Origin: Lama guanicoe
Lineage: Eukaryota
Assembly: GCA_013239625.1 (NCBI GenBank)
Contig: MU053376.1
Span: 1,326,833-1,390,832, forward strand
Direction of reading: 5' to 3'
DNA: 64,000 nt
Shown here: in pieces, positions 46,401 through 58,400 of the stretch
Layout of the letters: each line of letters starts with the position of its first letter
How positions within the stretch are numbered: position 1 is the stretch's first letter
Notes under the pieces: model-generated
Databases searched by the model: none
The model's input: the letters and a program-made list of their open reading frames with translations, nothing else
Told to the model about the DNA's origin: nothing
Program-made: the position numbers and the translations under genes

Positions 46401-49400
46401 TGAGCTGCAGGGGGCTGGGGGGAGCTGCCCATGAGTGATAGAGGAGGATGGCAGCCTTAGCCTCTCAAGTCAGTGCTTACTGTCCCCGTTTAATAGCGGA
46501 GAAACTGAGGCTCAGAAGGGCCAAGTGCAGGTGGCTTGCCCCGAGCCGCCCGCTGGGAAGGGACAGAGGTGGGCCCAGAACCAGTCTTCTGATTACAAAT
46601 CGTACCACATCCGTGCTGTCAAAGCTGCCTTGACATTATTATTCCATAATTTTCAATTACTCACATTCCTGGAAGGGGCCATTGACCAAACCATTAAGTG
46701 ACCCAGTCAATTTGTGTATTTCAGCCTGGCTCTAGAATGTATCTAGGACTCCTTTTTTTCTTGGCAACAACGTACTCTTTGTTGGAATTTGTTCAGGCTG
46801 ATTTTTTAGAATGCCCAGACACAGCCCTGCTGAAACAACTGGGGAGGGCGAGCAGCGTGGGTTGTGGTGCCACTGTCCCCATGTACTGGGAACAGGCTTC
46901 CATGCCACCCCCACCCTCGCACCCGGGGAACCCAGGCCCAGCACGGGCTCAGCTCTCCTCAGTCACACCTGGCCGGGCTGTAAGCTCAAACCACAGCCCA
47001 GGGGCTGGCAGGAGCCGCAGGGAGGGGACTTCCCAGGCCGGTTTCCTTGCAGCCTTTCCTTTGGCCTGTTCTCTTTTTATCCCTCCCTCCCGCCTGTCGC
47101 TGGGCCTGGGAACAACAACAAAAAAAAAACCCTTTAGACATTAAATGTCCTTCTCTAGAACAACAAGGTGAGAGGGGACAAACTGGAGAAGGGAGAGGGC
47201 TGGACAGGGCTGGCCCCTGGCCACCAGACCTTCCCCAGCCCTGTGCCTGTCTCCTGAGCCTCCTACCACTCCGCTCAGCACCTCTCTGGCAACCTGGCTG
47301 ACTTGATTCTTTATCTCTTTACTCCTGTTTCTCTGTCTCTGACTCTCTCTCTCTCTCTGTGTCATCCCCATATAATCCCACATCAGCCTCCTAACAATCT
47401 CCAATCCCTTTCTCCAGGCAAGAAAGACATGTCTTTCTCTAGCATTCCAACAACCCAGGATCAGGCACCCCAGGGCCGAGCACAGTCCGGGCATGGGGTC
47501 ACGCAGTGAACGGGAGGCAGCCCTCGCCTGGGGAAGCTGGCAATGGGGCCAGCAGTTACCATGAAGCAGCCAGAGCTCCCATAACATCAGCAGAGGGTCC
47601 CCTGGGGCTCGTGTTCTGGCGACGATAGCTGTTTGCCGCTGCTTCCAAAGACCGAGGCTTTGCAGAATCTGGCCTCCTGCTCCCTACTGGCTGCTCCCGT
47701 TTCCAGCCTGGCAGGCTCTGTGGCCCGGCCACAGCAGCCTTTTCACACCCACACGCACACGCTCCTGCACCAGAAGGCAGCATGGCATAGGGAATGGCAA
47801 GTCAGAAGGCCTGGGTTTGAGTCCAGGATCTGTCTGCTACTTTCTTGGCCTTTCTCAGCCTCAGTTTACTCAGGGGTCACACGAGGCACAACTGCAAGGT
47901 CAACCTCACTGCACTGCCATGTGCACCAAATGTCTTAGACACTGTACACAGATGTTAGTTGCTGCCATGTACACTGCAATATTAGTTCCCACGCCTTCCC
48001 GCACCACCTGCCAGGCTCAGTAATGGACCCAGAGTCCTGTTCCCTCAGGATTGTGCTACAGGACTGAGCATGAATCACTCTCGTCCAGGTTTTTCCGGGC
48101 AATCATGATAATGTATTCATTCTTCAGGAGAGCATTTCTGTACTTGGGGCAGTCTGTGCCTTACTGCACGGCGGTAAGTGAGGTGGTGGTAGGGTCAGGG
48201 CCTTGCACCGGCTCAGTGAGGGGAACACTTAAGGGGGAAATGGGGACCCTCTTGCTATCCCTGAAGCCAGGCCATCCAGGAAGCAACCAAGTCAATCTTG
48301 TAAAGGGAAAGGAAGGGGAAAGAGAGAGCTATTGTGACAGGCCTGTGGTTTTTATCAGCCCACAGAGGCGTGGGCATCGCCTCTGGGCTGGTACCAGGGA
48401 AACCGGCCACCAGGTAGAAGGCAGCAAGAACACATGGAGCTCAGTGAGCACCCCGGGCTGCCAGGGCTGGGCCTGGGGGTGGGGGGTGCCCACGAAGCAG
48501 GGACGCCGGAGGATGGGAAGGGGAGTGCTGGGGGAATTTGAACAGGCTGCCCCACAACACGGCCCCCCTCCCCCGGTTTCTTCCCGGTGAAGTGAGTCCC
48601 CCTGCCCCCTCACACAGCTCTGAGGTGGGAACAGGCGGGGGTCATGATGGGTCGTCTCCCCAGCAGATCAGCCCGGAAACAAGAAAATGAGAAAATAATG
48701 AACTGCTGCCATCAGCAGAGCCCTTCTGATAAAGGATTTAATCAAAGATGGGGCAAGATGAAAAGCTGAGAGCCAAAACCTCTGGGAAAAGACAGCCTGA
48801 GGGATCTCCTGGGCCTCTGTCTTCCTCAGTGAGCTGGAAACTCTGGTCTTCCTGGCACGTCAGCACTGACACTGCCCTCCCCCTCACCTCTCCAGGCCCA
48901 GCAGCCAGGCGGAGGCGCCTGGGCGCTCCAATTTGTCATAATCTGAGAAAATTCCTCTACAACCTCTCCCTTCCAGAACCTTCCTGCTGCCCACTCTTCT
49001 TCCCCCCACGTTAGCCTTTCAGACAGGTCCCGGAAAATACAAGGCTGCCTTGCTTTCCAGATATTGGGCAGAGTGTACCCGGAAGACTTGAGGCCTCCAT
49101 CCACGTGTTCGCTCACCCACTGACTCACTCGCAGGGGAGCAGCCCTCAGCCTGTCTGCTGTGGGCTCCTCTGGGGGAAGGTCATCACTCAGACGCCTCTT
49201 GGTGGGGATGGCCAAGGGCATTCCTCCTGGACACTGGCCAGGCACAGAGCCCAACACCTCTGCCCATAGAGGGGTCACCAAATTACCCAAATGCCTCAGC
49301 TGTAGGCTTTGGTCCAGGCCTGGTGCCTGTAAGGGGGCTGGTGTGTTCCATTCCTGTGTGAGGGGGGTGCACTGCAGCCCAGCTCTGGGGCCTTCCTGGG

Positions 49401-52400
49401 CCCCACCTCCCATCTCATGCAGGTTCCCTCCAGGTGCTCAAAGCCCATTCCTCTCACACCTTCCTGAAGAGAGATGGAAATCTCTTTGCATATAATTGTT
49501 TACAAGTGAACAATTATAACTTCAAGTAAGCCATACATAATCACTTTTAAGTCCAATAAAAGCAGTTGTGCTTTGTGGTGAGTCCATAACAGAGTATCTT
49601 GAGTTCCCACAACCACCCTGCTACCTGAGGAGACTGTCGAACACCCTGCCCACGGCCCATAGCTAATAAGTGACCGAGCTTCTGCCCCAGCTCCCTTCCC
49701 CCTTTCCCCAGAGGGCGGGGGGGAAATGTCTCAGCTCCCAGGGTCACTCAGCCAGCTGTGGGGGGCTCTTCATTGGAAGGGCTGCGGCTCCTCCCACTGA
49801 CCTCAGCCCTCCGCCACTGCAGCCTGGCCCAGTCACTATGGGCCCTCTTCACCTCTTCTCTGGCCATCTCCCTGGTGTTCGCCGCCATCCCCTTCTGCCG
49901 CGACGTGAAGGTGCTGGCTGCCGTCATGGCACTGGCGGGCCTGGCCATGGGCTGCATCGACACGGTGGCCAACATGCAGCTGGTGAGGATCTACCAGAAG
50001 GACTCGGCTGTCTTCCTTCAGGTGAGCCACAGGCAGGGGTGAGGCGGGGTGGGGTGGGGTGGGGTGGGCGCAGGGGAGCTCCCTCAGCCCTCTCCCCAGG
50101 CCAGCATCTCTGCCCCGAGGCCAGGGCGGTGACTCAGAGAGAGCACCAGGGTCAAGTTCAGTGTGACCACTTCCAGCGGGGCCATCCTGGGACGTTATCT
50201 CTGCACCTTGGTCCCTTCATCTCTAAAATGAGGTGAGGACCCCTGCCTGCAGGCGGTGTTTAAGTGCTGGGGAGCGAAGATTCTCTGTGGGTTGGAAAGA
50301 GGCGTGCTGGGAGGGCCTGCTGCTTCCTCTCGTCTCCTCCTCTCTCTCCGTCTTTCTTCTTCCTTCCTTCTCCTCCCAGGTACCCAGGATTCCAGTCCAG
50401 CCCTTCCCTGTATTAAGTCCCCTTCCCTTTGGGGTGTTAGATGGTGGATGCTAACATGGGAACAGCCCCCAGTGGGGGTTTAAGGTTTGGGAAAAAGGAG
50501 TGAGGGCGGGGGTGGCCAGTCACGGAGTTACCCCAGGCGAGAAAGTGATGAAGGAGCGCCACTCCTCACCAGTCCTGCCTCCCACTCCCTACTGCTCCCA
50601 GGCCAGGGCTCCCCACATGAGGCACAGGTGGGGCAGAGGGTGGAGGGTGAAGCCTGAGCCACGTTTCTCCCCATCCCAATTCTCCTCCCTCTCCAGGTTC
50701 TCCATTTCTTTGTGGGCTTTGGTGCTCTGCTGAGCCCTCTTATCGCTGACCCCTTCCTGTCTGAGGCCAACTGCTTGCCTGCCAATAGCACAGCCAATGC
50801 CACCACCCACAGCCACCCGCTCCATATTGCCAGGGTCCTGGGCCACCGCCACGCTGAGGCCCAGACTTGGTCCAACCAGACGTTCCCTGGGATGCCCCCG
50901 CAGGACGGGGCAGGGACCCGCGTGTCCTACGCCTTCTGGATCATGGCCCTGATCAATGTGAGTGCCACTGGGGCAGGGCTGGGTGGGGACTAGTGGACCG
51001 TCACCCATACCTGTCCTTACCAGCTCCCAGTGCAGATCCTTCTGTCTCTGAGAAGTGTGCTGGGGCTGAGGTGTGCCTTCAGGAAGGCAAGAAGATGGGA
51101 GAACTGACCCCCAGGGAGTCACTGAACACAGAGGGGGTCGCAGGAGATCATCTCTAAGGTCCTTCAGTTACGCTATCCTGGGATTGCGATTCTCAAGGGA
51201 GGTAAAACAGTGAGCCGGTTTAGTGCAGTGAGATCAGGGTCAACTTCCAAGTCATCAGAGGCTCCTCAGAGAACCAGCTCTTTTCCTCCAAGGCCAGATG
51301 AAGTAGACCCTGGGACAGAGCACTGCAGGTAATGCTGGGCTCTTCCCTGGAGTCCTCAGTCACTGGTGGGGTTTTCCAGTGCCTGCTGTGGGCTCCAGTG
51401 GAGTCTGGAGGATAGACAAGATGAACTCTGAGGGACCCTCCATGCCAAGGCTGCTCTGGGGGGAGCAGAGCAGAGAGACCACCTCGCTGTGACTCAGTCA
51501 GATACCAGGACCACTCCTCACCCCAACTCTCATCCTCCCCTGCTAAGTCAGGACTGACTCTGGTCTCGGGCTGGGCTCTGGTCTCTCCTCTGGTGCCCTG
51601 AACCCCCATCAGCCCAGGCTGGGGCCAGAGGGAGAGGGGAGGGTACTCCTCCCCACCCCTCTCCCCCTCTCCGGCTTGGGAAGGACCAGGAGCGAGCACT
51701 GGGGGTGGGGAGTTTTCCAGGTGGCCATTCGCCTGGCTGTGAGATGGAGGTGCCACGAAGTTTGTCACCCCAACTTGGAGCCTGTCTTTGTTCTAGGCAG
51801 ACTTGTCATCCCTCAGGAAGCAGGCAGGCTGGGCCTCAGAGTGATGCCATGCACGTAGCATTGAGAGGGGCCTTTGAGGTCCCCTAGTCCAACTGAGCTG
51901 CTGCAGGGGTGTCATACCATCACTGGCCCAAGGGCCTCATAGGGCCTTTGACTCCCAGCACAAGCCCCTACCTGCTGCCCTGTGGTAACTGCTCATTTCC
52001 CCTTCTCTTTTGTAACTTTCCCCGTACCAGACTCTTCCCTTGGCACTCTCGAAAATGCACCCCTCTCCCTCTGCTCCTTCCCTTTACTGCCCATCATTGT
52101 TTTGAAACAATGCAGCTTTGGGCTTGTGCCCTCTGAGAGGGACCTACGAAGGGAAAGAGCACCGTCAGTACAATGCGGGGACCGTACTGGGACAGTACAC
52201 TGTCAGGGACTCTGGGACCAGGAAGCCTGAAGGTCCGCCTAGTTAAGTATGAGGGCTGTTTTCTCTTGCCCCACAAAGCACAGACTGCAGGCACTTTGTT
52301 TGCTGTAGGATTTCCAGACTTTTTCTGTTGGTTTGTGTCTGAAGATAAACAGTCCACCCCAGAAGGCAATGGGCGGTGCGTATATGTTGGTGCCACAGAC

Positions 52401-55400
52401 ACACCACAGAACCCACCTGGCCTTCTCCGACTTTTCGGGTGGAGCCTGCCTTCCCTGAATCGGCTTCTTATAAAGATCCAGCGTGTTCCTGCTGGCAACA
52501 TCGGCCAGTCCTCTGTGAAGTCCTTCCCACCACCCACCTCCCTGGAAAGTCCAGTCTGAGCGATCACGCCTCATTTACAGCTGTTTCCCCTTGGCCTTCA
52601 CCCAGGCATTCTGCTACCACAGGCCTCTGCGTGTGGGCTTCCTGTCTCCCCCATCGGACTGGAGGAAGGGCTTCACCTTCCCCATCAGACCCAGGACTCC
52701 TGAGGGCAGGGGCTGTCTCCTCCACTCAGGCCTGATTTGTGACTCTAATGCTGCTGCAGTGTGACTGCCTGACTTACTTATAAGTGGAGGGAGGCTCCCA
52801 AGGTGCCCACAGGGAGGTAAGCACAGGGGTGGCGTTCTGGTGAGTTGGGAACTTGCCAAACCATGTGAGCCAGCCTGCCTCCAGGCGAGGGGGCGGCTTC
52901 CCCAGAGCAGCACCAGGCGGGAGCTGGCAGTCCCCTGATGTCCGTCTCTGCTGGGCCAGCTTCATCTGCGAGCCCAGAGGGGCCCATCAGCCCCTGGGCA
53001 CTTTGGCAGCTCCCTGGGCTTCCTCTCTTTCTGAAGCAAAAGGAACTGGGATGAGGGGGCAGCAGGAAGGGCAGAGATGAGACTTGCCGAGGAGCTTCCT
53101 GGCGGTGAGCGTGGTTAGACACCGGCAGGGCACCTGAGGGAGGGATGGAGGCTTCTCCAGGCAACCTCAGGAGCAGGAGACATTTCTCGTTGCCCTGGGG
53201 AGTTCATAAAACCCAAGCGGCTCAATGTGAATATCAGCGAATGCAGTGTTGCGCTGTGCGTGTGTGTTGCTCCCAGCATGTATTTTTCACTCTAAAGGAG
53301 TCCATGTCCGTGTCTCTGATCTCCCTGAGGACAGCCTCTGTACCTTCGTAAGGTATGACACCTAGACGCCCCTGGCCTGGAGATGGCACTGGTCAGAATC
53401 AGGATGCCTGGGCTCCAGTCTAGCTCTGCCCCAAGTCAGCGGTAGGACTGGCACTCATGCTTCTCAGGTCTCTTCTCATTGTAACAGGTTTCAACTGAGT
53501 GATAACTTTGAGCCTCATTTGCCCCATCTGGAAAATGGGGGTGATAATTTCCCCCTAGCACGTGTTCCAGAGCTGTGATAAACAAAAGCCAAACTTCTTT
53601 GTGAAGTATCACATGATCTAGCAGCAGGAAGGCATGTGAGGGGCCATGCTTCAGCCACTCCACCAAGCCTGTCCCGGGTCAGGACAGCTGGTTGCATGAG
53701 CTGGGGATGGTGCTTAGGTCAGCGCCCTCAGGAGAGAGCTGTCTTCTCCCCAGACCGTGCAGACAGACGTCTGCCGCACAATCATGTGGAGGTGTATGCG
53801 GTGGGCCAGGCATGGGAAGTGGGGAGCCTGATGGGAACAGGGCTCTCCTGACCCTCTGCCCGCCCCCAGCTCCCGGTGCCCATGGCTGTGCTGTATCTGC
53901 TGTCCAAAGAGCGGCTGCTGACCTGCTGCCCGCAGAGGAGGCCCCTGCTCCTGCCCGCAGACGAGCTCGCCCTGGAGACACAGCCTCCTGAGAAGGAAGA
54001 CACATCCTCACTGCCCCCCAAGTTTCAGCCAAACGCAGGTGGGGGGCCCTAATGAACTTTCGTGCTCATGGCCCCATCCCGAGGCTTCCTTGGTAAGCCC
54101 TTCTGCCCAGAGGGTGAGCTCAGATCACAGGTGATAAGGGTTAGAAAAAAACCCTGGCACTTCCGGCCTCGCAAGGTGGGAGATGGAGCAAATGGGCCAA
54201 GAGAATGAGGAAGGCAGGCTTCTGGCTCCCACCTCCATTCTGCCTCACCCCTCACCGTGTGACCTTGGGCGGGTTACCTGACCTCTCTAAGCCTTGCTTC
54301 CAAAAGCACTGTGAGACAGACAGGGACTGTTGCTTCTGGACAGTTGGAAGCTAGAGAAGGCGCTGCCAGGGCTCTCCTGGCTGCCCTCCACTTTGGCCGA
54401 CGTGCAGAGGCAGGGGAGCGGGTGCTGAGCCTCATCCCTGCTCTCCTTGTGTCTCGTCCAGGGCACGAGGACCTGTTCAGCTGCTGCCAGAGAAGGAACT
54501 TCAAAGGAGCCCCTTACTCCTTCTTCGCCATCCACATCACAGCCGCCCTGGTCTTGTTCATGACCGATGGGATGACGGTGAGCCTGCCCTCTGAGGGCAC
54601 CCCCTGGGCTCCCTGAGCCTCGAGTCTGGGGATCATAAGAGAAAGGAGGAGCTTCAAGGTTTCTGAGAGACCTCACCTGTAGTACAGTTGATCCAAACAC
54701 TTAAACCCAAATACAAGTTTTGGGGCGAGCCTCTCCTGAATCGCCCACAGCTCCTTGGAGCTGCGCTCTCCTGGCTCGTTCAGGTGTTTTTGTTTTTATG
54801 AACTCTGTGAAAAGGGAACTCTTTGGTTTGTCACTGAGTGTAGGCTCCTCGCATTTTTTAAAAATGGGGCAACGCCCTGTTCACCCAAGTAGAAGTCATA
54901 CCATATAAACTCTAGGGCGCTCTGCTTCCTGGAATGTGTTCCAAGCGTGGGCTTCTCAAGCCATACGGTAAACAAGCTTCAGGCAGGATCCGGGCCCAGT
55001 GTTCAGTTCACTAGTGACCTCTGTTACCCTATGTAGTACCTTTTCCCAGAAATCTCTAAGGATTAGATTAGGACAGTTTTGAATGGCTGTTTGATTAACC
55101 GATTGCCATATGAGGGACCTTCTGAGGAGAGGGCCCTAAAAACCTAGGTGACCTGGTGGAAAGTACTCGTGACAGTACTGGTTGACTTCCAACTCAGTGT
55201 GACCTTGAGCGAGTCACTTCTCTCTGTCCTCTCATCCGTAAAATGAGATGCCTTCACACACTTTTTTTCAGCTGTGGTACCCTTCCTTCAGCAAAAAAAA
55301 AAAAAAATTAAAAAAAACCGTTCCGGAATCCTCATAAATAAGACATGTAGTGGAATTCTACTCTGGTTGAAGAGGGGAGCAGAGCCTTTGTGCCCAGACC

Positions 55401-58400
55401 CCTAGGGACTCCTTTGGGGACCCAGAAACACCTTCCTGGATCCTCCAGCCCCTGCAGGTGCCATCCGTCAGCTGTGGCACCCAGGTTCCGCCCTCAGCTC
55501 GGGCCTGCACGCGCCATGTGGTCTCCGCTCCAAGCCCACCCCTAGGAGAGCCTCTAGGAGCAGGGCCAGTCCTCCCAGCCCACACCACACCTGCCCCGGC
55601 CGGGCCTCCTTGGTGAGCGTGCGCTGCAGGTGTGTTCAGCGGGGCCTGTCTCCCCACAGGGGGCGTACTCCGCCTTTGTGTACAGCTATGCAGTGGAGAA
55701 ACCGCTGTCGGTGGGACACAAGGTGGCCGGTTACCTCCCCAGCCTCTTCTGGGGCTTCATCACCCTGGGTCGGCTCATCTCCATTCCCATATCCTCAAGA
55801 GTGAAGCCAGCCACCATGGTTTTCGTCAATGTGGTAAGTGGCCTCCTTTCACTTCTTGGAGACCCAGAAGAACCATTCACTCCTGGCCCCCCACTGCCCC
55901 AGGACTTTTGCCTGCACTGGACATGCCAGCAGGGTGGGGATGCAGGAGCAGAGGCAGGAGAGGGGGGAAGGGATGTGCTGGTGAGGGAGGAATGGAAATC
56001 CAGGGGCGGAGCCTACCTCTGCCATCTCGGAAAAGCTATTTCCTGTCTCTGGGCCTCTGATTTTGTACTCAGAGAAGACAGGGGCTGCAGGAGGTGATTA
56101 GTGCTGTGTCTGGAGCAGATCCCAGCTGACAGCCTGCCAGGAGCGAAGCAGCTGCTGGCCTTGGTCCTCCCTCGTTCCCCTTGGTGCCCAGCTGGTCAGA
56201 GCCCTGTGGCCAGCGGAGGCCAGGGATTCCCCAGCCTCCAGAATCAGCATCTCTGGGAATTTGCATCTTAAAGACTCTCCCAGATGATTCTTAAATAGCC
56301 AGACTGGCATGGAGGATGGCCTTCAAGGAACTGGTCTGCTCTGGTAGCAGGAGGTCTGGGTCTGAGCGATGATGGGTTAAGATCTGTGCCCTGATGTGTG
56401 TCCATGTCACCATCTATGACAGAGGGGTCCAGATTACAGATTCCTGTGAGGTCATCTAGCCCAATCTCCAACCTGGGCTCGAATCAGCTCTATTATATCC
56501 CTTCCAAGGGGTCCAGAGTCTGTTAAAACACCTCCAGTGACTGGAATCTCACTAGCTACCCAGAAAGTCCAATCCACTGTCAGAAAGTACTTCCTTGGGT
56601 TGAATTTCTAGCAGAGAAGGGGTTGGGGAATAATGTTGGGGCTACAGAAGCCAAAGATCATGAGCTGCAAGAAAGGCCCTTGGACTTGGCCTTGTGCTAG
56701 TTGATGACCTTCAAAAAAGAATTTTCCATTCAGTGCAGATGGGGGTCGGGAGGGTAGAAGCCAAACTCAAGAGGCTAAAGGTGAGAAGGAGATGAGAAGT
56801 GGAGACGTTTAAGCATTGCAGATATTTCTGAGCTGAAGGGAGTTTTGTTTGACAGGATTCGGGTGGTGTGAGCCTGTTTGTAGGCAGAGGAGAAAGGGAG
56901 GAAGGCTGGAAGGGGGGGGCCTGTGTGGATACCATTGTCAGAGAGGACGTGAGTGAGGAAGGCCCTGGGACAGGGGAGATGGGAAGGGCAGAGGGAAAGA
57001 AGTAGTTCAGTAGAGAGAGGGCTCCTTTTCTCTGGGGCTGGGGTGACTGATGTAGGCAGGAAGATGCTGCAGGTCCACGAGGTGCGGAAGAGTGAGGGGA
57101 CAGGTGCCTGTGGTGGCCAGCCTCTGTAGCACATGAGGCCAGCTGCTTAGAGAGAGGAGAGTTGGGTGTGACTCGGTGTGTGAGAAAGAAGAAAGTCGGA
57201 TGCCACCATGTGAGTTAGGCACTGATGAGAAACTCACCTGGGGTGCTGGGTTTTAAAAAGGAAAATCAGATTTCTGGGTCCAACCCAGACTTTGTGAATC
57301 AGAATGTCCAGGGGAAGTGGGATGGGTATAGCTCAGTGGTAAGAGCACGTGCTTAGCATGTATGAGGTCCTGGGTTCAATTGCCAGTACCTCCATTAAAA
57401 ATAAATTTTAAAAAATAGAATAAAATGAGCAAACATTTTTAAAAAGATTTTAAAATCCCACATTAAAAAAAATAAAGCATGTTCAGGGAAGGGGGCCTAG
57501 TAATCTATATATTCAACAAGCACCCCAGGGGGTTCATGTCCTCAAGCAAGTTTGGGACAACACTATTCTAGAGCAAGTGATTTCCAAATACATTAGGCCC
57601 ACTGGAGGTGCACTTGGGATACAAGATGCCTGGGCCCATACTCCAGAGATTCTGATTCAGGGGTGTGTGGAGAGGAACGTGGGTGTCTGGATGGTTTTAA
57701 AGCTTTTCATGTGTTTGCGGTGGGCAGCCTGTTGGGCCCGCAGCTGAACTGCTCTGAGCAAACTCCCCAGTGCTGCAGCCGCCAAGGGGCCATCTCACAT
57801 TCACTGCACCTTCTTCCCAGATTCTGCTCATTGTTAAAGTAGCAGCCACTCTACTCTTGAAGTGCTCCTGGATCTCAACAACCGCTTACTGGTTAATGAG
57901 CAGACGCTCTGTGCGGGGGTCCGGGGTGGGGGAGGTGAGGGTGGCCCTGCAGGACCCTGTGAGATGAGGTCTCTGCCTTCAGGGAGCTGACAGCTGGCTC
58001 GGGAAGAAGGTGGGCGGGGAGAGGGAGTGTGCCTGGCACGGAAGGGGAGGGGGAGAAGCGGGAAGGCAGGTAGGATGCAGGCTGAGAGCCAGACTGTGGA
58101 GGGGGCTATGCAGAGTTGCCAATTCACTTTGGGCCTCCTCGGTCCCCCGTCACCCAGGCTAACGTAGGAGAGTTGGAGGTTTTTAAAATTTCCTCAGTCT
58201 GGAGATTTTCAGGGCGGCTCTTTAAGGCTTGGTTTGTAAGTGGGGTGGCCGGGTGGCGGGAAGGGAGCAGGAGCTGAGCGTTTGTTAAGCACTCGCAGTG
58301 GATTGACAGTGACGTCTGGGTGGGGTCCTAGGCTCCCGCCTTCCTCCTATTCTCAGGGCTTCCCCGGCCAACGCCCGGCTGGGGAAGGTGCAGTTCCCAC

